From NCBI GenBank assembly GCA_025054655.1, contig JANWZL010000064.1, positions 1 through 58,664 on the forward strand: a stretch of DNA of 58,664 nt, given 5' to 3'. The notes under the pieces are model-generated. The model had not been told where the DNA came from, did no database searches, and saw nothing but the letters and a program-made list of their open reading frames with translations. This DNA is from Thiobacillaceae bacterium (GTDB taxonomy: Bacteria; Pseudomonadota; Gammaproteobacteria; Burkholderiales; Thiobacillaceae). Positions 26,938-35,168 of this stretch are shown one piece after another. Positions within the stretch are counted from its first letter, which is position 1. Each line of letters begins with the position of its first letter. A program made the position numbers and the translations under genes.

Positions 26938-27381
26938 TCAGGCCCCGCACTGCGGGCAGAGCCCATGCAAGGTCAATTCCGCCTCCCGGCAGCGAAACCC
27001 CGCCGGCAGGGTGAGCGCCACCACCGGCCGCAAGCTATCGAGACAATACACGCGGCCGCAATCGTCGCAGCGGAAGTGGGCGTGGTCATGGCCGCCCGCG
27101 CCGCTGTCCACGGCGCTGAACCGCCACACCCGGTCTTCGCCGGCGATGCGGTGGGCCAGGCCCTGTTGCACCAGCCAGTCGAGCACCCGGTACAGGGTGA
27201 CCCGGTCCAGACCACCGGCGCGGGCGAGCCCGGCCTCCAGCTCGGCATGGGTGAGCGCGCGGCCCGCCTGCAACAGGTGCGCAAGCACCCGCACCCGGGC
27301 CGGGGTCGTGCGCCCGCGCTCGGCCACCCACTGCCGCGCCCGCTCGATGGCGTCCGCAGTCAGTGCCGGTGCAGTGCTCAC
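26938..27381 (-). CDS. zur: Fur-family zinc uptake regulator
   Basis: In-frame GTG at 27381 (147 aa), with a GTGA overlap to the upstream gene. Winged helix RVTLYRVLDWLVQQGLAHRI. HDHAHFRCDDCGRVYCL...CPQCG metal sites. Embedded in zinc genes. Confidence 0.82.
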   Translation of the reverse strand: MSTAPALTADAIERARQWVAERGRTTPARVRVLAHLLQAGRALTHAELEAGLARAGGLDRVTLYRVLDWLVQQGLAHRIAGEDRVWRFSAVDSGAGGHDHAHFRCDDCGRVYCLDSLRPVVALTLPAGFRCREAELTLHGLCPQCGA

Positions 27382-27713
27382 AGGGTGATCACCTGCTGCA
27401 CACCGCGCTGTTGCGCGGCGGCGTACAGGTTCGGGAAGCAGCCGATGGTGGCCGGCGGTTCCAGCATCTCGGCGATGTTGCGCTGGTAGCAGCACTGGTC
27501 GCAGCCCATCAGAAAGCCGACCTTGCCCTCTTTGGCCAGGGCGGAGAGCTTCGCCGCGGTCGGGTTGCCGCGGGTGAGCAGGTAGTTGTTGTCCACGAAG
27601 AAGAACATGCCCACCACCTGGGCCGGATGCGAGCCGGCCTCCAGTTGCGGGATGATCATCTTGTCGAGGAGGTAGCTCGCGTTGGGGGTGCTGAAGATAT
27701 AGAGCACGTTCAT
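27378..27713 (-). CDS. DsrE/DsrF/TusD-like family protein
   Basis: 111 aa. MNVLYIFSTPNASY...VVGMFFFVDNNYL...GFLMGCDQCCYQRNI fits the DsrE-fold pattern (C..C...R); this is by recall only. Confidence 0.65.
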   Translation of the reverse strand: MNVLYIFSTPNASYLLDKMIIPQLEAGSHPAQVVGMFFFVDNNYLLTRGNPTAAKLSALAKEGKVGFLMGCDQCCYQRNIAEMLEPPATIGCFPNLYAAAQQRGVQQVITL

Positions 27714-28186
27714 GCCTCTGCCTCCTTGACCGCGGTTTGCGAACCCTGGCCGTAGGCGACGGCCGGGTCATATACCTTGCTCTGTTCCAGATATACGAGC
27801 CCGAAATCCGTTGCCCCGGGCGACCAGTGGAGTTCACGGAAGAAACAGGAGCGATAGCCGACATGACAGGACGCCCCACCGGTCAACTCCACCGCAAGGA
27901 GCAGGCAATCCTGGTCGTCGTCGATCAGGATGCGGCGCACACGCTGCGCCTGGCCGGACTGCTCGCCCTTGCGCCACAACCGCTGTCGGGAGCGCGACCA
28001 GTAATGCGCCCAGCCGGTCTGGATGGTCAGCGCCAGCGCATCGCGGTTCATCCAGCCCAGCATCAGCACCTCGCCGCTGGCGTGATCCTGCACCACCACG
28101 GGAATCAGGCCGCGTTCGTCGAACAGCGGCATCAGCCGCCGGCCTTCCTCGATTTCCATCACACTGCCACGCGCGGGAAAGTCCAT
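27710..28186 (-). CDS. hisI: phosphoribosyl-AMP cyclohydrolase paralogue
   Basis: 158 aa. GLIPVVVQDHASGEVLMLGWMNRDALALT...WSRSRQRLWRKGEQSG..IDDDQDCLLLAVELTGGASCHVGYRSCFF. It is not adjacent to any other his gene. ATG 28159 (MEIEEGRR) is an alternative start. Confidence 0.85.
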   Translation of the reverse strand: MDFPARGSVMEIEEGRRLMPLFDERGLIPVVVQDHASGEVLMLGWMNRDALALTIQTGWAHYWSRSRQRLWRKGEQSGQAQRVRRILIDDDQDCLLLAVELTGGASCHVGYRSCFFRELHWSPGATDFGLVYLEQSKVYDPAVAYGQGSQTAVKEAEA

Positions 28187-28230
28187 CGCTCTGCCCTGAA
28201 TTCCATCTCACTGCAGCATACCTCAGGCCA

Positions 28231-28261
28231 GGCCTATATGCAACTCGGTTGCATGTAGGCC
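28231..28261. promoter_or_regulatory. candidate Zur operator copy 2: near-perfect 31-bp palindrome ggcctatATGCAACtcgGTTGCATgtaggcc
   Basis: ATGCAAC-TCG-GTTGCAT (28238..28254) is a perfect 7-3-7 palindrome flanked by ggccta/taggcc. It lies 45 nt upstream of the hisI-like start, in the divergent promoter region. Confidence 0.55.
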
Positions 28262-28342
28262 TACTCGTGGAGGCGTTGGGCTCGCTCATGGACGGCGAGG
28301 ACTATCATATGTCGTCGGGTCCGGCCCATGGGGCAGCAGACC

Positions 28343-28363
28343 GTTGTACACCTCGGTTGCAAG
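28343..28363. promoter_or_regulatory. candidate Zur operator copy 3 (gttgtaCACCTCGGTTGCAagc)
   Basis: The core cacctcggttgca has one mismatch to the cores of copies 1 and 2. It lies 10-28 nt upstream of the possible starts of the protease-like gene. Confidence 0.45.
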
Positions 28364-28371
28364 CCGGGCGC

Positions 28372-28902
28372 ATGGTGCACAATGGCGTCATGGGACGCAT
28401 GCATACGCCTGACTCGTCCGGCCAGACCCTGCTGCCCACTGGCGCAACAGGTGCCGCCGCCTGCCTGATCATCGGTGTGGGCAACCGCGGCCGCGGCGAT
28501 GACGCCCTCGGGCCCGCGCTGATCGAGCAGTTACAGGCCCTGGAGCTGGCCGGGGTAGAGCTGCTCGAGGTCTTCCAGCTGCAGGTGGAACACTGTCTCG
28601 ATCTGCAGGGACGGCGCCAGGTGGTGTTCGCCGATGCATCCCTGCAAGGGACGGCACCGTATGCCTTTGAGCCGTTGCGGCCGGCCGCTCGGGTCGGCGC
28701 CCTGAGCCACGCCCTGGCACCGGCACAGCTGCTCGCCCTCTACCGGCAGCTGTATGGCGAGCCGCCGCCGGCCCATGTCCTGGCCATGCGTGGGTACGAT
28801 TTCACCCCCGGGGCGGCGTTGAGTGATGCGGCGCGAAGGCATCTGCATGCCGCCGTCGATTTCCTCGTGCATTGGCTCGCGCCGGATAGACTGGCCGGAT
28901 GA
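28372..28902 (+). CDS. hydrogenase-maturation-endopeptidase-like protein (HyaD/HybD/HoxW family), stand-alone
   Basis: In-frame ATG at 28372 or 28390 within ORF 27811..28902. CLIIGVGNRGRGDDALGPALIEQL matches the GxGNxxxxDDxxG signature of the family. No hydrogenase genes in the window. Confidence 0.68.
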   Translation: MVHNGVMGRMHTPDSSGQTLLPTGATGAAACLIIGVGNRGRGDDALGPALIEQLQALELAGVELLEVFQLQVEHCLDLQGRRQVVFADASLQGTAPYAFEPLRPAARVGALSHALAPAQLLALYRQLYGEPPPAHVLAMRGYDFTPGAALSDAARRHLHAAVDFLVHWLAPDRLAG

Positions 28903-29417
28903 ACCGTCCGTATAACCGCATGCACGGCGGGTGGGCTCGCCTTATCGCCTTGCTGGGCCTGCTGGCGGACCCGAGCGCGTTGGCAGATACACGGCAGGGG
29001 TGGGTGATCCATGTGGCCGACGGCGATACCGTGGTGGTGTGGGATGAGGCCGGGCACGAGCGGATGGTGCGGCTGGCGGGCATAGACGCCCCCGAGAAGG
29101 ATCAACCGCACGGCCACGCCGCGCATATGGCCCTGACACACCTGGTGTTGGGCATGGACGTGCGCTATGAGCCCTACAAGCGTGACCGCTTTGGGCGCTG
29201 GATCGGCCGCGTGCAGGTGTGTGGGGAGGACGTCGGTCTGCGGCTCATCCGACTCGGGCTCGCCTGGCACTACGGCCGCTATGCCCATGAACAGCCGCCC
29301 GAACAGCGACGGGCCTATGCCGAGGCGCAGGCGCGGGCGCGTGCGGCCAGGCTGGGCCTGTGGTCGCAGGCCGACCCCGTACCGCCCTGGGCGTGGCGCG
29401 CACGCCACGGCCCTTGA
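28899..29417 (+). CDS. secreted thermonuclease (staphylococcal-nuclease fold) family protein
   Basis: 172 aa with a signal peptide. VIHVADGDTVVVW...VRLAGIDAPE...PYKRDRFGRWIGRV...GLAWHY. ATGA overlap with the upstream gene. Confidence 0.85.
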   Translation: MNRPYNRMHGGWARLIALLGLLADPSALADTRQGWVIHVADGDTVVVWDEAGHERMVRLAGIDAPEKDQPHGHAAHMALTHLVLGMDVRYEPYKRDRFGRWIGRVQVCGEDVGLRLIRLGLAWHYGRYAHEQPPEQRRAYAEAQARARAARLGLWSQADPVPPWAWRARHGP

Positions 29418-29418
29418 A

Positions 29419-30156
29419 TCAGAGCTTATAGCCGGTGTGCAGGGCCACCACGCCGCAGGTGAGGTTGAGGTAGCCGACGCGGGCGAAGCCGGCCTGCTCC
29501 AGTAGGGCCTTGAGCGCCTCCTGGTCGGGGTGTACGCGGATGGATTCGGCCAGGTAACGGTAGCTCGCTGCGTCTTTGACCACCCACTGGCCCAGCCGGG
29601 GCAGGACCTGGAAGGAGTACAGGTCGTACAGGGGGGCGAGCGGCCGCCACACGCGCGAGAACTCCAGCACCAGCAGCTTGCCGCCCGGTTTGAGCACGCG
29701 GTGCATCTCGGCCAGGGCCCGCTCCTTGTGCGTCATGTTGCGCAGCCCGAAGGCGACGGTGACACGGTCGAAATGGTCGGCCGGAAACGGCAGCCGCTCG
29801 GCGTCGCATTGCACGCAGGGTAGGATGAGGCCCGCGTCGAGCAGACGGTCGCGCCCGGTGATGAGCATGGCGCCGTTGATGTCGGTGAGCCACACCTGGC
29901 CCGTGGGCCCCACGCCCTCGGCCAGCAGCCGGGCGATGTCGCCGGTACCGCCGGCGATGTCCAGACAGCGCATGCCCGGCCGCAGCAGGGCCTGCTCCAC
30001 CATGAAACGCTTCCACAGCCGGTGCAGGCCGGCCGACATGAGGTCGTTCATGAGGTCGTAGCGCCCGGCCACGGAGTCGAACACCTGCGCCACCCGGCGG
30101 GCCTTCTCGCCCTCGGGCACGGTCTGGAAACCGAAATGGGTGGTCGGTTCAGTCAT
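29419..30156 (-). CDS. ubiE: ubiquinone/menaquinone biosynthesis C-methyltransferase
   Basis: ORF trimmed to ATG 30156 ([41 protein letters not shown]). SAM motif LDIAGGTGD. Confidence 0.93.
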   Translation of the reverse strand: MTEPTTHFGFQTVPEGEKARRVAQVFDSVAGRYDLMNDLMSAGLHRLWKRFMVEQALLRPGMRCLDIAGGTGDIARLLAEGVGPTGQVWLTDINGAMLITGRDRLLDAGLILPCVQCDAERLPFPADHFDRVTVAFGLRNMTHKERALAEMHRVLKPGGKLLVLEFSRVWRPLAPLYDLYSFQVLPRLGQWVVKDAASYRYLAESIRVHPDQEALKALLEQAGFARVGYLNLTCGVVALHTGYKL

Positions 30157-30161
30157 GCCGG

Positions 30162-30428
30162 TCAGCGTGGCGTGTACTGGGGCGGGGTGCCTACGCCCTC
30201 GCCGAAGAAGTATTTCTCGGCCTGTTCCATGAGGTATTTGCGATGCTGTGCGTCGGCGAGGTTTAGGCGGTTTTCGTTGATGATCATGGTTTGCAGCCGG
30301 ATCCAGCCCGCCCAAGCCTCTTTGGAAACATGCTCGTAGATGCGCTTGCCCAGCTCGCCGGGGAAGGGAGGGAAGTCGAGGCCCTCGGCCTCGCGCCCTA
30401 GTTTGATGCACTGCACCATGCGTGCCAT
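30162..30428 (-). CDS. yggX: Fe(2+)-trafficking / oxidative-damage protection protein YggX
   Basis: 88 aa. [39 protein letters not shown]. Confidence 0.9.
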   Translation of the reverse strand: MARMVQCIKLGREAEGLDFPPFPGELGKRIYEHVSKEAWAGWIRLQTMIINENRLNLADAQHRKYLMEQAEKYFFGEGVGTPPQYTPR

Positions 30429-30482
30429 ATCGCTCTCCGATGTGATGGGATGCGTCGATCTTAGCCCAAGCGGGGCGGGGCG

Positions 30483-30812
30483 TCACCCGCCCGCCCCGAG
30501 CTGCTTCTCGATGCGGCGGGCGAAGACCTGCATCTCGCGCGCGGCCTGCAGGTCGCCGTGGGCCTCGGCGGCGGCGATGCCCTGCCGGAAGGTCGCCAGC
30601 GCCTCGGCCAGCGCCCCGCTCTCCGCCAGCGCCCGGCCCAGCAGCTTCCAGGCGGCGGAGTAGTGCGGCTGCTGACGCAGGGCCTCGCGCAGGTGTGCGA
30701 TGGCCTCCTGCGCGCGGCCGGCCTTGAGGTATTCATTGCCGAGCGAGAAACGCAGCAGGGCACTATCCTTGCCCTGGGCCAGCATACGCTCGAAGTTCTC
30801 CAGTGCGCTCAT
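30483..30812 (-). CDS. small tetratricopeptide-repeat protein
   Basis: 109 aa. TPR-like [39 protein letters not shown]. Confidence 0.7.
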   Translation of the reverse strand: MSALENFERMLAQGKDSALLRFSLGNEYLKAGRAQEAIAHLREALRQQPHYSAAWKLLGRALAESGALAEALATFRQGIAAAEAHGDLQAAREMQVFARRIEKQLGAGG

Positions 30813-30815
30813 GGC

Positions 30816-32273
30816 TCATTTCCTCCAGAAGGCCGGGGTGAGCACCACCAGCAGGGTGAACAGCTCCAGCCGCCCCATGAGCATGGCCAGCGTGCACACC
30901 CAGGTCTGGAAGTCGTTCAGCACCGCGTAATTGCTGGCCGGCCCCACCAACCCCAGGCCGGGACCGGTGTTGTTGATGGTGGCGCAGACCGCGGTGAAGG
31001 CGGTGAAGATGTCCAGGCCGGTGGCGGCGAGCACCAGGGTGAAGACGACGATGCTGGCCACATAGACGAAGAAGAAGGCGAGCACCGCGTAGATGATCTT
31101 GTTGGGCACCACCTGATCGCCCAGCTTGGTGTGCACCTGGGCGTTGGGGTGCAGCAGTTTGACCAGTTCGCGGTAGAGCTGTTTGTAGAGCAGCTCCGCC
31201 CGCATCATCTTGATGCCGCCGCCGGTGGAGCCGGAACAGGCGGCGAAGCTGCCCAGGAACAACATCCACAGGCCCGCGAAGTAGGGCCAGGCGTTGTAGT
31301 CGGTGTTGGCGTAGCCGAGCGAGGTAGCCAGCGAGATGGTGTTGAAGCTCGCGTAGCGCAGGGCGGTGGGGAAGTCGAGGTAGATGTCGTTGCCCCACAG
31401 GTACAGCGCCAAGCCGACGCAGCTGGTGAGCACCACGCCGAGGAAAATACGGATCTCGGCGTCCCGTCGATAGACCGCGAAGCTGGGGTTGCGCAGGAAC
31501 AGGAAGTGGGTGGCGAAGTTCATCGCCGCCAGCAGGGCGAAGACCATGGTGACGGTCTCGATGGCGAGCGAGTCGAAGTGGGCGAAGCTGGCGTCGTAAG
31601 CGGCGAAGCCGCCCAGGGCGAGCGTGCTGAAGGCGTGGATGACGGCATCGAGCGGCTGCATGCCGGCCAGTACGTAGGCGATGGCGCAGGCGGCGGTGAG
31701 CAGGACGTACACCAGCCACAACCCCTTGGCCGTCTCGGTCATGCGCGGGGTGAGCTTGGTGTCCTTCATGGGCGTGGGCACCTCCGCCTTGTACATCTGG
31801 CGCCCGCCGATGCCCAGCAGGGGCAGGATGGCCACCGCCAGCACGATCACCCCCATGCCGCCGATCCAATGCAACTGGGTGCGCCACAGGTTGATGGACT
31901 TGGGCAGGTCGTCCAGGCCGGACAGCACCGTCGCCCCGGTGGCGGTGAGACCGGACATGGCCTCGAAATAGGCGTCGGTGAAGCTCAGGCCGGGGATGTA
32001 GAAGAGCAGTGGCAGGGCGGCGAACAGCGGTAGGATGGACCAGGCGAGCACCACCAGCAGGAAACCGTCGCGCGCGCGCATCTCGCGGTAGTAAGGGCGC
32101 GAGACGAGCCACATGAGCGCCCCACTGCCCAAGGTGATGATCAAGGCGCCGTCATAGGCGCGCTGCGCGTCGTCGCCCAGCGCGAGCGAGGTAAGCAAGG
32201 GCAGCAGCATGGACAGGCCGAAGACCATGACGATGAGCCCCAGCACGTGCAGGATGGGCGCGAGGCGGCGCAT
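30816..32273 (-). CDS. trkH: Trk-system potassium uptake membrane protein
   Basis: ORF trimmed to MRRLAPILHVLGLIVMVFGLSML (485 aa). Repeated pore-loop GF/GG motifs typical of TrkH. Confidence 0.9.
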   Translation of the reverse strand: MRRLAPILHVLGLIVMVFGLSMLLPLLTSLALGDDAQRAYDGALIITLGSGALMWLVSRPYYREMRARDGFLLVVLAWSILPLFAALPLLFYIPGLSFTDAYFEAMSGLTATGATVLSGLDDLPKSINLWRTQLHWIGGMGVIVLAVAILPLLGIGGRQMYKAEVPTPMKDTKLTPRMTETAKGLWLVYVLLTAACAIAYVLAGMQPLDAVIHAFSTLALGGFAAYDASFAHFDSLAIETVTMVFALLAAMNFATHFLFLRNPSFAVYRRDAEIRIFLGVVLTSCVGLALYLWGNDIYLDFPTALRYASFNTISLATSLGYANTDYNAWPYFAGLWMLFLGSFAACSGSTGGGIKMMRAELLYKQLYRELVKLLHPNAQVHTKLGDQVVPNKIIYAVLAFFFVYVASIVVFTLVLAATGLDIFTAFTAVCATINNTGPGLGLVGPASNYAVLNDFQTWVCTLAMLMGRLELFTLLVVLTPAFWRK

Positions 32274-32444
32274 ATCAGAGGACGGAGGACGCACAGCCAT
32301 CGACGGCCGGCATGCGCGCGGCTGGACCGCGCGCAGGGTCACGCCGATGAGGACCGCAGTACCAGGCGAGAGGGCTGTCCGCCACCGATGCTCGCACCGC
32401 ACGGGCGGACGAGCCCAGCGCCGGGACAGGACACGCTGGGGGCC

Positions 32445-33848
32445 TCATTTGAAGTAGCCCAGGCCGACCTGGAACAGCCGCTCCACCTGCGGCACCTGGC
32501 GTTTGTTCGGCACGAAGATGATGAGGTGGTCCTCGGCGCGGATGACGGTGTCGTGGTGGGCGATGATGACCTCGTCGCCGCGCAGGATGGCGCCGATGCT
32601 GGCGCCCTCGGGCAGGGGCACCTGTTCGATGCGGCGGCCGACCAGCTTGGAGCTCTTCTCGTCGCCGTGCACCACCGCCTCCAAGGCCTCGGCCGCGCCG
32701 CGGCGTAGGCTGTGCACCACGGTCACGTCACCCTTGCGGATGTGGGTCAGCAGCGGCCCCAGGGTGGCGTGGGCGGGCGAAAGCGCCACGTCGATCTCGC
32801 CGCCCTGCAGCAGATCGACATAGCTGGAGCGGTTGATGAGCGCGATGACCTTGCGCGCCCCCATGCGCTTGGCGAGCAGCGCCGACATGATGTTGTCCTC
32901 GTCGTCGTTGGTCAGCGCGCAAAAGACGTCCATCTCGTCGGCGTTCTCCTGCGTGAGCAGCTCCTCGTCGGTGGCATCACCCACCAGCACCAAGGTCTGG
33001 CGCAGGCGCTCGGCCAGTTGCTCGGCGCGCCGTTTGTCGTGCTCGATCAGCTTGACCTCGTAGTCGTCCTCCAGCACCGCGGCGAGCCGGCTGCCGATGT
33101 TGCCGCCGCCGGCGATCATCACCCGCCGCACCGACTCGTCGGCGCGGTGGATCTCCTTCAACACGGCGCGGATGTGTTCGGTGGCGGCGAGGAAGAAGAC
33201 CTCGTCGCCCTCCTGCACCACGGTGTTGCCGGTGGGCACGATGGTGTGCCCCTGCCGGTAGATGGCCGCCACGCGCGCATCGACCTTGTCCAGCTGGGCG
33301 CGCTCGCGCATGATCAGGTGCAGGTGTTCGCGCAGATAGCGCAGCTGATGCCCCACCAGGAAGCCGCCGCGCGCACGCACGGCAACAAGCCGGATGCGGC
33401 CATTGGCGAAATCCATCACTTGCAGCGCCTCGGGGTAATCGATCAGCCGGCGCAGGTAGGTGGTGATCTCCTCCTCCGGACTGATGGTGTAGTCCACCGC
33501 CAGATTGTGCGGCGCGAACAGCTCGGGGTGTCGCATGTAGTCGGCGGCGCGGATGCGGGCGATCTTGGTGGGGACGTTGAACAGGGTGGCGGCCAGTTTG
33601 CAGGCGAGCATGTTGGTCTCGTCCGACTGGGTCACCGCCACCAGCATGTCGGCGTCCTCCGCCCCGGCCTCGCGCAGCACGGACGGATGCGCACCGTGAC
33701 CGACCAGGGTGCGCAGATCGTAGCGCTCCTGCAGCGAGGCGAGCTTTTCGGCGTCCAGATCGACCACGGTGATGTCGTTCGCCTCGGACACGAGGCTGGC
33801 AGCCAGGTTGGAGCCGACCTGACCGGCACCGAGGATGATAATCTTCAT
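32445..33848 (-). CDS. trkA: Trk-system potassium uptake peripheral protein
   Basis: 467 aa. Two RCK/NAD-binding halves: MKIIILGAGQVGSNLA and VMIAGGGNIGSRLA. Confidence 0.93.
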   Translation of the reverse strand: MKIIILGAGQVGSNLAASLVSEANDITVVDLDAEKLASLQERYDLRTLVGHGAHPSVLREAGAEDADMLVAVTQSDETNMLACKLAATLFNVPTKIARIRAADYMRHPELFAPHNLAVDYTISPEEEITTYLRRLIDYPEALQVMDFANGRIRLVAVRARGGFLVGHQLRYLREHLHLIMRERAQLDKVDARVAAIYRQGHTIVPTGNTVVQEGDEVFFLAATEHIRAVLKEIHRADESVRRVMIAGGGNIGSRLAAVLEDDYEVKLIEHDKRRAEQLAERLRQTLVLVGDATDEELLTQENADEMDVFCALTNDDEDNIMSALLAKRMGARKVIALINRSSYVDLLQGGEIDVALSPAHATLGPLLTHIRKGDVTVVHSLRRGAAEALEAVVHGDEKSSKLVGRRIEQVPLPEGASIGAILRGDEVIIAHHDTVIRAEDHLIIFVPNKRQVPQVERLFQVGLGYFK

Positions 33849-33908
33849 TGCATCAGACGCATGCGGTCTTGCCTGGCTTGGGGCCCGCTGTCGCGGCGTG
33901 CGCCGCGC

Positions 33909-35168
33909 TCAGGCCTCCGTGTGGCGGGCGGGCAATTCTATGCCGAGGCTCTTCAGTTTGCGATAGAAGGCGGTGCGTTCCATGCCGGCGCGGGCGGCTG
34001 CCTTGCTCACCGCCCAACCGCATTCGCGCAGCAGGGCGTTGAGATAGGCCCGTTCGAACTCGTCGCGCGCCTCCTTCAGCGGCTGATCCAGGCGGATGCC
34101 CATGGCCAGGGCCTGCGGCGGCTCGGTCAGGCCCAGCTGTGCGCGCACCTCGGCCGCTCCGATCACCTCTTGGCCGCCGGCCACGGCCAGGCTGGAGACC
34201 ACGTTGTAGAGCTCATCCAGGTTGCCTGGCCAGGCATAGGCCTTGAGCACTTCCAGGGCCTCGGCGTCGAAACGGCGGGGGGGCAGTCCGCGCGCGCGGC
34301 TCATCTCGTCCAGATACCGTTGCGCCAGTAAAGGGATGTCCTCGGCATGCTCGCGCAAGGCCGGGATGCGGATGGCCACGCGGGCGAGCGCGTTGTAGAG
34401 ATCGCGCGAATAGGCGCCCTGGGCGGCCCGCTCGGCCAGGTTGACCGAGCTGGCGCACAGCAGACGCAGATCGTAGTCGCGCCGCCGGGCGATCACCATC
34501 TCCAGACCGCGTTGCTGGAAAGGGGTGAGGTTACCCACCTCGGGCACGAACAGCAGCCCCCCCTTGGCCTCCTGCAGCAGCTGCAGGGGGGCGTCGGCCA
34601 GGCGGGCGCTGTCGCGCGCCACCACCCAGGGGGTGTTGGGCAGGTGCAGAAAGTGCGCGCAGGCCTCGGCCCCTGCACCGGGCTCGCCGGCGAGCAGGAT
34701 GGGCGCATCGACCGTGGCTGCATGGCGCAGTTTCTGCACTAGCTGCCGTATGGGTTCGGACTCGCCCAGCTCGGGCAGCGCGTCGGGCAGCGCCGGCGGC
34801 CGGCGCGCCTGTTTGAGCGCGCGCTCCACCGTCTCCAGCAGGCGCTTGTAGGGCACGGGCTTTTCCAGGAAATCGAACGCCCCCAGCCGCGTGGCCTCCA
34901 CCGCGGTATGTATGGTGCCGTGGCCCGACATCATCACCACCGGCATGGTGGCCTGGCCATTGGCCACCCACTCCTTGAGCAGGCTGATGCCGTCCAGGTC
35001 GGGCATCCAGATGTCGAGCAGGACCAGATCGGGCGTCTTTTCCTGCATGGCGCGGCGGGCGGCCTCGCCGTTTTCCGCCAGCCGCACCTCGTAACCCTCC
35101 TCCTCCAGGATCTCCTGCACGAGGGTGCGGATGCCGGGCTCGTCGTCAACCACCAGGATCTCGCTCAT
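33909..35168 (-). CDS. ntrX: NtrX-type sigma54-family response regulator
   Basis: ORF trimmed to MSEILVVDDEPGIRTLV (419 aa). Receiver, AAA+-like centre and a C-terminal Fis HTH (SKAAARAGMERTAFYRKLKSLGI). ATGA overlap with ntrY. Confidence 0.85.
   Translation of the reverse strand: MSEILVVDDEPGIRTLVQEILEEEGYEVRLAENGEAARRAMQEKTPDLVLLDIWMPDLDGISLLKEWVANGQATMPVVMMSGHGTIHTAVEATRLGAFDFLEKPVPYKRLLETVERALKQARRPPALPDALPELGESEPIRQLVQKLRHAATVDAPILLAGEPGAGAEACAHFLHLPNTPWVVARDSARLADAPLQLLQEAKGGLLFVPEVGNLTPFQQRGLEMVIARRRDYDLRLLCASSVNLAERAAQGAYSRDLYNALARVAIRIPALREHAEDIPLLAQRYLDEMSRARGLPPRRFDAEALEVLKAYAWPGNLDELYNVVSSLAVAGGQEVIGAAEVRAQLGLTEPPQALAMGIRLDQPLKEARDEFERAYLNALLRECGWAVSKAAARAGMERTAFYRKLKSLGIELPARHTEA

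Noticed and set aside
30558-32112. 491-aa plus-strand and 449-aa minus-strand ORFs overlapping trkH
   Set aside because: Both are alternative-frame or antisense shadows of trkH. The trkH frame alone gives a coherent multi-TM protein.
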